From a virus (taxonomy: Duplodnaviria > Caudoviricetes), in IMG/VR virus record IMGVR_UViG_2974594805_000001, positions 1-64,000 of that record: a stretch of 64,000 nucleotides of DNA; one strand, given 5' to 3'. Below are positions 1-8,646 of this stretch, in pieces. Below the pieces are notes generated by a model. That model was not told where the DNA came from. It worked only from the letters and a program-made list of their open reading frames with translations, and searched no databases. Numbering within the stretch: the first letter of the stretch is position 1; the number at the start of each line of letters is the position of its first letter. The position numbers and the translations under genes are program-made.

Positions 1-2
1 AA

Positions 3-83
3 AAAAAAGCCCGTGACTGGGAGATCTCCGAGGAATTCGACGGTCTGATGCAAGCTGCACTGACATTCTACGTTGATGACTAA
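3..83 (+). CDS. 3' end of a truncated hypothetical protein (KKARDWEISEEFDGLMQAALTFYVDD*)
   Basis: Open frame from the window edge to TAA at 81-83; the next gene starts 12 nt later. Confidence 0.5.
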   Translation, partial: KKARDWEISEEFDGLMQAALTFYVDD

Positions 84-95
84 GGATCTGCACAA

Positions 96-530
96 ATGCA
101 CAGACTAGCTCTTCTTTTTTGGTTTCTGTGCATACCTGCACATGCTCAAGACTTCATGACTCGTGAGGACATGGAGGCATATACTCGACAGGCATGGGAA
201 AACGGATGCGAGAATCCCAAAAACATGGATCGCTGGGGCATCCGGGATCCTTTGCCTGAAGAGATTGCTGAGCATGGTGTCGGAATCATGGTTTTCGAAT
301 ACTACAACTCACCACAGGGCTGTTCCAACTCCACTGAGATGGGAATCTGGCACGAAGGCCAACGTTGGGGACTCATGAAAGTCACCACAGGCGGTGAGGA
401 AGTAAACCATAACGAAGAGATCGAGTTCCTGGTCGAGGATATGCCCTACACGGCCCATGGTCACAATTTTCTCTTGGTTCCTGACGCTAAAGAGCCTCAC
501 ACCATCATCCTGTTTCCATTCATATCGTAA
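96..530 (+). CDS. Hypothetical exported protein with Sec signal peptide
   Basis: 144 aa; N-terminus MHRLALLFWFLCIPAHA-Q has a basic residue, hydrophobic core and AxA site; AGGA upstream. Confidence 0.7.
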   Translation: MHRLALLFWFLCIPAHAQDFMTREDMEAYTRQAWENGCENPKNMDRWGIRDPLPEEIAEHGVGIMVFEYYNSPQGCSNSTEMGIWHEGQRWGLMKVTTGGEEVNHNEEIEFLVEDMPYTAHGHNFLLVPDAKEPHTIILFPFIS

Positions 531-541
531 GGACGCCTACT

Positions 542-736
542 ATGGACACCTCAATCCCTTCCAACGTCACTCCTGAAGAGCACATGACAAAACTCAAATT
601 CAACGAAGAGTTTTTCCGTCGCAAGTTCAAGATCGCACTGGCTCAGGAAGAAGATGCACGTATCGACAAAGAAGACTGGCTGGCTAAGCTCCAGAAATGT
701 CGTCGTGATATCTGCACTCTGGAAAAATCACTGTGA
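542..736 (+). CDS. Hypothetical protein
   Basis: 64 aa, AAGGA RBS, phage-typical codon usage. Confidence 0.65.
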   Translation: MDTSIPSNVTPEEHMTKLKFNEEFFRRKFKIALAQEEDARIDKEDWLAKLQKCRRDICTLEKSL

Positions 737-1200
737 CATTTATGCAACTGTTCAGATCTGCACACAGTATTGTGCAAAAATGCAGATCTTGACAGGGGGT
801 GCCGGAATCGAGCATACGTAGGACTCCGCTGCGGCGGTTGGGGGCCTCACCGGGATAAATCCGTTCTCACATACGTGATAACCACACCCGCCCCGTTCAC
901 GCATTGCTTCACTCACCCGTAGCCCCGAAGAGGAACTCCTTCCTCGTTCTCGCTCCTCGCTTTTCCCCGAAAAGCTCGTCGATAGCCGTTGGGCTAAACC
1001 AAAACAAAAACCCTTATGGGGCCGAAATTTCATATATTTTTTGCAGTACAGATTTTTGAATATACTGTGTCGGGTTGCAGGGTAGTGTGTGAGCTACACA
1101 CTGAGTCAACCCACCCCCCCACCTTCGAGTTTACACAGTTGATATGCCCCCCTCTTTTTACACACTCAGTCACCACCGCACATTTACACACACACTGGCT
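737..1200. other. Non-coding region, probable genome-end/terminal-repeat junction
   Basis: Longest intergenic stretch in the window; directly precedes the first hairpin promoter and early genes as in N4-like genomes; inverted repeat AGATCTGCA 754-762 / TGCAGATCT 781-789. Confidence 0.45.
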
Positions 1201-1213
1201 GAGCCTCCGGCTC
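1201..1213 (+). promoter_or_regulatory. N4-type vRNAP hairpin promoter 1 (GAGCC-TCC-GGCTC)
   Basis: 5-bp stem with a template-strand GGA triloop closed by C:G, as in N4 early promoters; upstream of the first early gene. Confidence 0.8.
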
Positions 1214-1248
1214 TCATGGATCCATCACCCAGCACAAGGAGATCAACC

Positions 1249-1503
1249 ATGGGAATCTTTGCATCCGTTCAACGCTTCGTATCCTCCACCTTTGACCAAG
1301 GTACTGAGGTAGTCGAGGCTGTGGGAAAAACCGTATCTATCGCAACCACTTATGTGGACAACAGGGCTACCAAGCAGACCCTGACTGACAAACAGCGAGT
1401 AATGCTGGACACTGCGAAAGAGATGACGGCTATCCAAGCAGAACTAGAGGCTGACGACAAACTGGCAGCCATGTTCGAATCACTCAAATCTGAGTTCAAA
1501 TAA
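1249..1503 (+). CDS. Early hypothetical protein (84 aa)
   Basis: Start re-called to the ATG at 1249 behind AAGGAG, downstream of hairpin promoter 1. Confidence 0.75.
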   Translation: MGIFASVQRFVSSTFDQGTEVVEAVGKTVSIATTYVDNRATKQTLTDKQRVMLDTAKEMTAIQAELEADDKLAAMFESLKSEFK

Positions 1504-1511
1504 CAACCCGA

Positions 1512-1541
1512 GTAGGGAGCTATGGCAACGTAGCTCTCTAC
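1512..1541 (+). terminator. Stem-loop terminator candidate
   Basis: GTAGGGAGCTATG-GCAA-CGTAGCTCTCTAC (GNRA loop, G:U pairs) just after the stop codon; weak U-tract follows. Confidence 0.6.
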
Positions 1542-1575
1542 TCAATCCTTTTCCAGATTGACTGAAGACAGACTG

Positions 1576-1588
1576 AAGCCTCCGGCTT
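1576..1588 (+). promoter_or_regulatory. N4-type vRNAP hairpin promoter 2 (AAGCC-TCC-GGCTT)
   Basis: Same core, compensatory outer stem, intergenic. Confidence 0.8.
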
Positions 1589-1614
1589 TCCTGAGTCACA
1601 AAGGAGATTGACCA

Positions 1615-1902
1615 ATGAACGCAACTTACACCACATGGTACATCCGTGCAGACCAAGCATGGGATGCGTACCACGAAGCCGAGCAAGCTCATGCAGACCT
1701 GTGTGAAGGCCATCTGGCTGAAGCAGAGGAGATGGCAGTCCTTCAGCAAGAGATGAAGGAATGGCGTGAAGCAGCAGAGTTTGCTGAGAAGATGATGAAC
1801 CAAATGGAAGAATGTAGAATGGTGAGCGACAAAGTATGTGCTCAACCGTTGTTCATTCCCGGAACACCTGAAGAAATAGTCCGCAACGAGGTCTTTGCCT
1901 GA
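1615..1902 (+). CDS. Early hypothetical protein (helical/coiled-coil)
   Basis: 95 aa, AAGGAG RBS. Confidence 0.75.
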   Translation: MNATYTTWYIRADQAWDAYHEAEQAHADLCEGHLAEAEEMAVLQQEMKEWREAAEFAEKMMNQMEECRMVSDKVCAQPLFIPGTPEEIVRNEVFA

Positions 1903-1903
1903 G

Positions 1904-2104
1904 ATGTCAGACAACGTGATCTACGTGGACTTTGGAGGAACAGCTAGCAACACAGTTGTTCCTCCTAACGAAATCCAAGTCGGACCGATCTTATCTCGAA
2001 TCAACGGGAGAGTGGTCTTCACCGCAGACAAGACCATCAAAGAGATCCATGAGATCGCTGAGAACTGGGGTCTGAATCTGCCTCAACTTACCTATCAACC
2101 CTGA
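1904..2104 (+). CDS. Early hypothetical protein
   Basis: ATG at 1904 (alternative TTG at 1895), abuts the previous stop. Confidence 0.6.
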   Translation: MSDNVIYVDFGGTASNTVVPPNEIQVGPILSRINGRVVFTADKTIKEIHEIAENWGLNLPQLTYQP

Positions 2105-2121
2105 ACTAGCGAAGAGCGTAG

Positions 2122-2139
2122 CCCAGCCGACAGGCTGGG
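2122..2139 (+). terminator. Stem-loop (CCCAGCC-GACA-GGCTGGG)
   Basis: Perfect 7-bp stem just after the stop; no clear U-tract. Confidence 0.4.
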
Positions 2140-2199
2140 TGAAGCTCTGAGCGAAAAAGACAAACCAACTCAACCCCAAACCAAAGAGAGAGAAAGACA

Positions 2200-2412
2200 A
2201 TGGAAGGAATGATCCTCGCTTACACACTGCTGATGGTGGCACCTGCTTATCATCCAGCAGCCATCCCAAGTGCTGTTGCAGTCGCTGAGTACACCAACAC
2301 AGAAGACTGCATGGATGCCAAGGGATGGATCGAAGAGCACCAGACAGACAAAACACAGGGCTACGTGTTCTGTCTCAACGTGTGGAAGGAGCCTGAAGGT
2401 GAAGAAATCTAA
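2200..2412 (+). CDS. Small hypothetical protein, possible signal peptide, Cys pair
   Basis: 70 aa; hydrophobic N-terminus; DC...FC pattern. Confidence 0.6.
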   Translation: MEGMILAYTLLMVAPAYHPAAIPSAVAVAEYTNTEDCMDAKGWIEEHQTDKTQGYVFCLNVWKEPEGEEI

Positions 2413-2504
2413 AGCACATCTGCTACCGCAGTTGGTGTCACAGGAGGAGTTGGATGCTACCGCATCTGACTCTTTCTTTTCTCGGGTCTCTCGCAGACTC
2501 AGAG

Positions 2505-2519
2505 AGCGCCTCCGGCGCT
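2505..2519 (+). promoter_or_regulatory. N4-type vRNAP hairpin promoter 3 (AGCGCC-TCC-GGCGCT)
   Basis: 6-bp stem, same triloop, upstream of the gp2 homolog. Confidence 0.8.
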
Positions 2520-2563
2520 TTTGGCAATGATGCCACAACAACCATGACTTAGGAGAAAATATC

Positions 2564-2950
2564 ATGGCTTTCACTATCAAGACGAACAAAACCAACAAGA
2601 CCAACGCAGCATCTGACGAAGACGAATTCGCAGGTCTGTGGATCAACTTCGGCCCGGAAATCGAAGTTGGTGATGAAGGCGAGACCAAGCTGGCACGGCT
2701 GCCGCGTGGTGTTGCAGTTTCCGACCTGAAGGATCATAAGATCTACGCTTCGACGAACCCTGAGTGGGCTGAAGAAGCGAAGACCGTCAACGCTGTCATG
2801 GCGATGATCCGCAAGAAGGGCCTGTCTCTTGAAGAGGGCGAGTCCGTCAACCTGAACCTCACTGTTCAACTGTACCGTCGTCAGGAGCAGGTGGAGCAGG
2901 TCGTCAGTGATGTGAACGAGGCCGACCTCGAAGCACAACTGTTCGGGTAA
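2564..2950 (+). CDS. N4 gp2-like ssDNA-binding coactivator of RNAP II
   Basis: 128 aa; LWINFG...RLPRGV...VQLYRR pattern matches N4 gp2 as I recall it (WLNIG...LPTGI...VQLRR); position before RNAP1. Confidence 0.75.
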   Translation: MAFTIKTNKTNKTNAASDEDEFAGLWINFGPEIEVGDEGETKLARLPRGVAVSDLKDHKIYASTNPEWAEEAKTVNAVMAMIRKKGLSLEEGESVNLNLTVQLYRRQEQVEQVVSDVNEADLEAQLFG

Positions 2951-2973
2951 CTCCTAAGTTGCACGACTAAACT

Positions 2974-3013
2974 CTGGCCCTCAACGAAAGTTGGGGGTCA
3001 GGGTCATATTTTT
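2974..3013 (+). terminator. Intrinsic terminator
   Basis: CTGGCCCTCAAC-GAAA-GTTGGGGGTCAG followed by T-runs. Confidence 0.7.
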
Positions 3014-3060
3014 TCACTTTTTTCACCACAGATAGTCTCAGACTGACTCTGCTTACGGAT

Positions 3061-3073
3061 ACGCCTCCGGCGT
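3061..3073 (+). promoter_or_regulatory. N4-type vRNAP hairpin promoter 4 (ACGCC-TCC-GGCGT)
   Basis: Same core, directly upstream of RNAP1. Confidence 0.8.
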
Positions 3074-3155
3074 TCGTGGCGTTCGCCACAGACTGAATCC
3101 TGAAAGTTCACAAATACCCATGAACTGACTAAACCAAACAGAAAGGTAACTGACG

Positions 3156-3944
3156 ATGGAAACTGCTCCAAACATGCAGGAAACTCAGCGAAACCTCGAA
3201 GAGTTGTACTCCAAGAATCAACTGCTCGATGTCCTGCGTGACCAGTTCTCACCACTGACAGATGATCCCTTCAAGCTCGATGTGATCGTCCAGATTTACC
3301 TGCACAAGCAGGCTGACATTCCAACGATGGTGGGACTGTTCTCACCCAAATGGGGTGAGCCTAAAGATGTAGCTCAGATGCTCATCGAGTGTGTGGATGA
3401 AGATCTCCTCGACTTCGATATGGAAGATGAGAGATTCATCATGAAGTATGGCATCACCTCTGATGTCGAAGAGCAGCTTGCTCTCTACCAATTCCCATTG
3501 CCAATGGTGGTTCAGCCCAAGAAGGTTGAGAACAACCACATGGGCAGTGGATACTTCGACACTCGTGGTCACATCGTCCTGAACGGCTCTGACGTGTTCA
3601 GAGATGAGGACGTGTGCCTTGACCACATCAACAGAGCCAACAGCGTTGGACTGACTCTGAACATCGACGTGGTGGCCTCTCCGGAGGGCAACATGATCAT
3701 CCCGAAGCGAAAAGTGGGTGAAGACTTCGAAGACTTCCGCAAACGCCGCAAGCAAGCTGAGGTCTTCTACAACAACTCCATGGAGGTCATGCAGGGAATG
3801 CTGGCACTGGGAAACCAGTTCTGGCTGACTCACAAGTATGACCGTCGTGGCCGCACCTACGCTGTCGGATATCACATCAACTCTCAAGGCACAGACTACA
3901 ACAAAGCTGTCCTTGAACTGGCAAAGAAAGAAACTCTCACATGA
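3156..3944 (+). CDS. RNA polymerase II subunit 1 (RNAP1, N4 gp15-like)
   Basis: YQFPLPMVVQP, CLDHINRAN, FWLTHKYDRRGRTYAVGYHINSQG motifs of the T7-type N-terminal half. Confidence 0.93.
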   Translation: METAPNMQETQRNLEELYSKNQLLDVLRDQFSPLTDDPFKLDVIVQIYLHKQADIPTMVGLFSPKWGEPKDVAQMLIECVDEDLLDFDMEDERFIMKYGITSDVEEQLALYQFPLPMVVQPKKVENNHMGSGYFDTRGHIVLNGSDVFRDEDVCLDHINRANSVGLTLNIDVVASPEGNMIIPKRKVGEDFEDFRKRRKQAEVFYNNSMEVMQGMLALGNQFWLTHKYDRRGRTYAVGYHINSQGTDYNKAVLELAKKETLT

Positions 3945-4147
3945 ACATGATCTTTTTCATCCTCGTCGTAGCCCTGAACTGGGCTATCAAGCTCATCATG
4001 GGCTGGGCTGCATGGCATTTCACTCACTGGGCCTTCACTGATCCTGCTGAATGGGTTGCCATCGTCATCGTGTCTGTCGCTGCTGTCACAACCAAGATCA
4101 ACATCTCATGGACTGATGATCGTGGCAGAAACTGGAGCACAGGCTGA
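3941..4147 (+). CDS. Small membrane protein (2 TM)
   Basis: 68 aa, two hydrophobic segments, ATGA overlap. Confidence 0.65.
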   Translation: MNMIFFILVVALNWAIKLIMGWAAWHFTHWAFTDPAEWVAIVIVSVAAVTTKINISWTDDRGRNWSTG

Positions 4148-4524
4148 TGAAACTCTTCTTCCAATCTCTGATCATGGGCTTCTGCATGGCAGGAGTCACT
4201 GCCATCAGTGCTGAGTTCGGTGGTTCAATCCAAGAACCTCTGTTCTGGATGATATTTGTTGTTCTCGGACTGACTGCATTTGCATTGGTCCGAGGATATC
4301 CTGAACTGGAAAAACGTGAATGGATCGAAGCTCGTAACAAATACGATGATGAAGACCACGCTAAACGAATGTCCAGAGTCAGGATCATCCAGAACATCTG
4401 CAACCAAAACATGAAAACTGCTGAACTCGGTAAACCATTCCCAAAGAAAGAACATGTCGTCGTCAGATACGATGATCTGCTCCGAATCTGGGATAATGCC
4501 GGGAGGATCGAGTACAGTGAATGA
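4147..4524 (+). CDS. Membrane protein (2 TM plus basic C-terminal domain)
   Basis: 125 aa, TGATG overlap. Confidence 0.65.
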   Translation: MKLFFQSLIMGFCMAGVTAISAEFGGSIQEPLFWMIFVVLGLTAFALVRGYPELEKREWIEARNKYDDEDHAKRMSRVRIIQNICNQNMKTAELGKPFPKKEHVVVRYDDLLRIWDNAGRIEYSE

Positions 4525-4672
4525 AACTCTCGACATGCTGAATCAGCATCTTCGTGAAGCCCATGAGATAGGGCTTCATGTCATCGTTCATCTCGAAAGA
4601 GATGGACCGGTTCAAATCAAACTGGAGTATGTAAATGTTAGACCTGATCGGAACGATGATCGGGTGGGGTAG
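4517..4672 (+). CDS. Hypothetical protein
   Basis: GTG start behind GGGAGG; 51 aa. Confidence 0.45.
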   Translation: MNETLDMLNQHLREAHEIGLHVIVHLERDGPVQIKLEYVNVRPDRNDDRVG

Positions 4673-4859
4673 TGTCGCGGTGATCGTACTAATGTTCCGG
4701 TACGCTCATCACTTCGAAAATGGCAACATCGAAAGGTACGATGATGACAAAGACAGAACGAGAAGAGAAGCAATCCTCTCTCAAGAGCCTAAGAATGTGG
4801 GTGATAGTCTTCGGACTGAGCTTCGTATTCTGGCTGATTTTCGCAACAATCATGGTTGA
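4635..4859 (+). CDS. Small membrane-anchored protein
   Basis: 74 aa with an N-terminal TM segment. Confidence 0.55.
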   Translation: MLDLIGTMIGWGSVAVIVLMFRYAHHFENGNIERYDDDKDRTRREAILSQEPKNVGDSLRTELRILADFRNNHG

Positions 4860-4871
4860 AAGGTATGTACT

Positions 4872-5120
4872 ATGATCACTGGTGAAGACATCGAACGTCT
4901 CGAAGAAGAGGCGTCACAAGTGAAGACACAACTCGTTGTGATCGACACACAGCAGTTCTTTGAACTTGAGATCCCCGCAGACATGGATCCTGAAGAGTTC
5001 ATCAACAGTGAGTTCTGCCGATTCGAATGTGCAGCACGCATCATCAATCAAACCACGGATCTGAATATCGACCGTGTAATCACGGAGAAAGACGATGACG
5101 GAGAATGGATCAGTCCCTGA
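4872..5120 (+). CDS. Acidic hypothetical protein
   Basis: 82 aa, AAGGT RBS. Confidence 0.65.
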   Translation: MITGEDIERLEEEASQVKTQLVVIDTQQFFELEIPADMDPEEFINSEFCRFECAARIINQTTDLNIDRVITEKDDDGEWISP

Positions 5121-5709
5121 GCACATCAGACTGATGCAAGAACTTCAGGAGAGCATGACAGATCATATGCGTGATGCTCTCCTGTACGGTCACTCAATGG
5201 GTGGCCGTGGACATGCAAAAACTGCAACACAGATGATGATGGAGGAATCTGCTCGTGTCTATCAACAGAAATACGCAACAGGAACTGTCACCGGAAGAAT
5301 GGCTAATCCGTTGCTTCAGGGTGCCGCTCAATCCCTTCCTTTACGACCTCCTTCAACAGCAGAATTCGCCTTTCCTGCCTCTGTATTTCAGACTGAACAC
5401 CAGAGGCTTATGATGATGCCTGACGAGATCGTACCACCAACCACGGTGCAACAGGACAGGCATTATCTCTGCATGACAGTCGCTGAATACCAAGACTTCA
5501 GTGAGTGCATTCAGACTGGCTGTTACCTCAACAAAGAGGGACACCACTGCAAGTTGAAGAATGCAAAAACCAAGAAGCTGAAGAACTTACGGTACAACAT
5601 CAAGAAAGCTCCATACCTTATGGCGTCTCTCATCTGGCAAGCTCAGCTTCGCATCATCGAGAATGAGATCTCGAAGCGAAGAGGAGTACCCAGACATGCG
5701 CAACCGTGA
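5095..5709 (+). CDS. Hypothetical protein
   Basis: 204 aa, GGAG RBS; contains TGTVTGRMANP. Confidence 0.65.
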   Translation: MTENGSVPEHIRLMQELQESMTDHMRDALLYGHSMGGRGHAKTATQMMMEESARVYQQKYATGTVTGRMANPLLQGAAQSLPLRPPSTAEFAFPASVFQTEHQRLMMMPDEIVPPTTVQQDRHYLCMTVAEYQDFSECIQTGCYLNKEGHHCKLKNAKTKKLKNLRYNIKKAPYLMASLIWQAQLRIIENEISKRRGVPRHAQP

Positions 5710-5896
5710 GAACTTCCTCTTCAGAGGTGATGCATACCTCACCACAAAAATTCTCGTTCCGACATATGCCAGTCGGTGCGAGATCCAAAGAGACTCAGAA
5801 GGCTACTGGATCAACGTCTGGTGGCACTGTGGAGCTATTGCTCCTCTGACTCACAACGAACTCAACCAAGCAATTCAAGGAGAAAACGAATGCTGA
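5696..5896 (+). CDS. Hypothetical protein
   Basis: ATG at 5696 behind GAGGAG; 66 aa. Confidence 0.55.
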   Translation: MRNRENFLFRGDAYLTTKILVPTYASRCEIQRDSEGYWINVWWHCGAIAPLTHNELNQAIQGENEC

Positions 5897-7086
5897 AGGT
5901 ACAGGAATTCCGTGAACTGTCGGGAACGGAATATGTGATGGCTGACATCGCGTGCAAACACGACAAAGCCTACGAGAAGAAAGGCTGGGACGAACGTCTC
6001 GCCCACTTCGAGGAGATTGACCTCTCCGACCCTAAGACCTTCAAGGAAGCATCCAATCCTGTAGGTCTGCGTGCTGCTGCACTGGCCTATGAAAACGGAC
6101 AGGATGGCAAAGAGGTTGGCTACCTCATCAGTCTTGATGCTGCATCATCTGGACTGCAACTGCTCAGCCTGATGGTTTCATGTCCAATGTCGTGGAAACT
6201 GTGTGGTGGTGACGAGAACATTCTCGATGCTTACACCCACATCTACGGAGCTATGGGCGTGGAAGGCAAGATCGACCGCAAGGACGTGAAGCAAACCATC
6301 ATGACAGCACTGTATGGCTCAACAGCCATGCCCAAAGCTATCTTCAAGGATGATGTAGAGACCTTCTACGAAACCATGGAGAAGATGGCACCGGGTGCTT
6401 GGGACTTGAACCTTGGCATCCAAGAACTGTGGGATGAAGTCGATGGCACAACCTATGACTGGGTGCTGCCTGATAATTTCTACGCCTGCATCGAGACAGA
6501 GGACAAGATCGTCATCCCGTTCATGTTCCTCGACAAAGAGTATCAGGTCATCCAAGCAGTGAACGAACGGCCTCGGTTCCACAAGGGACTGGGACCAAAC
6601 CTCGTTCACAGTGTGGATGGCATGATTGTACGTGAGATGTATCGTCGGTGTCAGTTTGACCCGAAGACCATCGAGCGTGTCACTGACCTTCTAACCATTG
6701 GAGCGAAAGGAACTGATGGAAAATCTGCTGAAATCGTGCAGACGCTTTGGAAACACTATGAAGAAAGCGGTTTTCTTAGCGTCCGTATCTTGGACTATCT
6801 CCACCATGACACCATTGGTCTCGTGGACGGCACGACGGTGGCTGAACTCATCAACACACTCCCTTTACGGCCTTTTCAACTGGTGTGTGTTCATGATTGC
6901 TTCCGCTGTCATCCTAACTACGGCAACGATCTACGCCGTCAGTACAACCATATTCTCGCTGATCTTAATGACAGCACTATCCTGCCATTCATTGCTTCGC
7001 AGGTGGCTGATCAACAGATCTCAGCGAGAAAAGTCGGAATCATCCCTCGGGATGTGATCCTCAACGGCAACTACACACTGTCGTGA
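5890..7086 (+). CDS. RNA polymerase II subunit 2 (RNAP2, N4 gp16-like)
   Basis: LDAASSGLQL (motif A), RKDVKQTIMTALYGS (motif B), NLVHSVDG, CVHDCF (motif C); start re-called to 5890 behind AGGAG. Confidence 0.95.
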   Translation: MLKVQEFRELSGTEYVMADIACKHDKAYEKKGWDERLAHFEEIDLSDPKTFKEASNPVGLRAAALAYENGQDGKEVGYLISLDAASSGLQLLSLMVSCPMSWKLCGGDENILDAYTHIYGAMGVEGKIDRKDVKQTIMTALYGSTAMPKAIFKDDVETFYETMEKMAPGAWDLNLGIQELWDEVDGTTYDWVLPDNFYACIETEDKIVIPFMFLDKEYQVIQAVNERPRFHKGLGPNLVHSVDGMIVREMYRRCQFDPKTIERVTDLLTIGAKGTDGKSAEIVQTLWKHYEESGFLSVRILDYLHHDTIGLVDGTTVAELINTLPLRPFQLVCVHDCFRCHPNYGNDLRRQYNHILADLNDSTILPFIASQVADQQISARKVGIIPRDVILNGNYTLS

Positions 7087-7093
7087 CAAGAAA

Positions 7094-7129
7094 CCCCACC
7101 TGCTTTACAGCGGGTGGGGAATCTTTTTT
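7094..7129 (+). terminator. Intrinsic terminator after RNAP2
   Basis: CCCCACCTGCT-TTAC-AGCGGGTGGGG plus T6. Confidence 0.8.
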
Positions 7130-7150
7130 GACCAACTCAGGAGGCGCGTT

Positions 7151-7345
7151 ATGGCACAGGAAGAGCGTTACTACTTCTTTGATGAGGAGTCCAGCACGAT
7201 CTGGCACACCATAGATAAGGAGAGACAGCCTCAAGAGATGCTGTTTCTTGGTTCATCTCTGAATCCAAACCCGAAGATGACAGCATCTGTCATGGTGAAG
7301 CAGCTTGATCGTCGCTTCAATTACAAGGTCAAAGAACTCCCCTGA
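7151..7345 (+). CDS. Hypothetical protein
   Basis: 64 aa, GGAGG RBS. Confidence 0.7.
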   Translation: MAQEERYYFFDEESSTIWHTIDKERQPQEMLFLGSSLNPNPKMTASVMVKQLDRRFNYKVKELP

Positions 7346-7387
7346 TTCTCTCTTTTTTGGTTCCCAACTCTAACCAAGGAAAGAGAA

Positions 7388-8566
7388 ATGTCTTCAATTC
7401 TTCAACTCTCACCCTCCGAGATGTATGACTTCATCACTCGTGCTCTGGGTGCTCGTCAGGTGCCTTATGTCGCTGGGCCACCTGCTATCGGTAAGTCCCA
7501 AGTGGTTCATCAAGTGGCAGAAGATGCCAATGCAAAGATGATCGACGTTCGCTTGTCTCAGATTCTGTCTGAAGATATGACCGGACTTCCTGAACGTGAT
7601 CCCAAATCTGGGAAAGCGACATATCTCCCTTTCGATACCTTCCCGCTGGAAGGTGACACAGTACCGGATGGCTACAATGGATGGCTTCTCTTTCTTGACG
7701 AACTCTCCTCTGCAACAGAAGAGGTTCTGGCCGCAGCTTATAGTCTCATCCTTGACCGCATGGTTGGTGGTAAGAAACTCCACGATAAGTGCTTGGTTGT
7801 GGCCGCTGGCAATCGTGCTTCTGATTCTGCTATTGCCCGTGAACTCCCCGACACGCTGATCACACGGATGCTGCCTGCTGAAATGAAGGTCAGCACCAAA
7901 GACTGGATCAAATGGGCTACACGCCCTGAGTCCCCAACCAACGAAGCAGTGGTGGATTTCATCACGAAAAACCCCACAAAGCTGTATGCCTTCGTTGAAC
8001 AGGGCAATCGTGAAGAGCTTGAGACCTACGCCACACCTCGTGGCTGGGAGAAAGCCTGTGCTCACGTCAATGCACATGAGCGTCTGGTTCAGAAAGCTGC
8101 CAAGCCTCGTCTCGATGAAGCTGGACTGCCTATCCCTCTCGCTGAAGGTGAGAAGCACATGGCTCCCATCGACGATGTGACATTCCAACTGATTGCTGCA
8201 TGTGTCGGTCCTATGGCTGCACAACAGTTCCGTGAGGAATACGATGAAGCGATTCAGCTTCCGTATCCATGGGAAGTGGCACAGTCACCGAACTCAACTC
8301 GCATCCCCACCACAGGTGTGGGCAAAGCCAAGATGATGAACGAACTGGCCAAATACTTCAACGAATCTGATGATCAGAGTCGTGATCAGGTCATGTGCTA
8401 CGTGAATCGTGTTGGTGGTGAGTACACTGCCATGTTCTACAATGAACTGAAGCAGTATTTCGGTGACACACCGAGTGACAAGAAGCTGATGGATGCCATT
8501 GCAAAACGTCTCTCGATTGATCCGTTGCTTGGCACTTCTGGAGGTGGTGCCTCCGGTAGCTTTTGA
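7388..8566 (+). CDS. MoxR-like AAA+ ATPase (N4 gp24-like)
   Basis: Walker A GPPAIGKS, Walker B LLFLDE, AAGNR, TPRGWE. Confidence 0.9.
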   Translation: MSSILQLSPSEMYDFITRALGARQVPYVAGPPAIGKSQVVHQVAEDANAKMIDVRLSQILSEDMTGLPERDPKSGKATYLPFDTFPLEGDTVPDGYNGWLLFLDELSSATEEVLAAAYSLILDRMVGGKKLHDKCLVVAAGNRASDSAIARELPDTLITRMLPAEMKVSTKDWIKWATRPESPTNEAVVDFITKNPTKLYAFVEQGNREELETYATPRGWEKACAHVNAHERLVQKAAKPRLDEAGLPIPLAEGEKHMAPIDDVTFQLIAACVGPMAAQQFREEYDEAIQLPYPWEVAQSPNSTRIPTTGVGKAKMMNELAKYFNESDDQSRDQVMCYVNRVGGEYTAMFYNELKQYFGDTPSDKKLMDAIAKRLSIDPLLGTSGGGASGSF

Positions 8567-8646
8567 TAACAAGTCAAAGGCAAAAGCCAAGAAGAAACTG
8601 AACCAACCAACCAATTCTAACCCACTGGCTGGGAAAGGAAAAAGCT

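Noticed and set aside
752-1312. ORFs 752-1033 (-) and 1016-1312 (+), and the 5' extension of 1144-1503
   Set aside because: No RBS, atypical composition, and they overlap the promoter/terminal region.
8548-8557. GCCTCCGGT resembling the hairpin-promoter core
   Set aside because: Imperfect stem, inside the AAA coding sequence and far from the early region.
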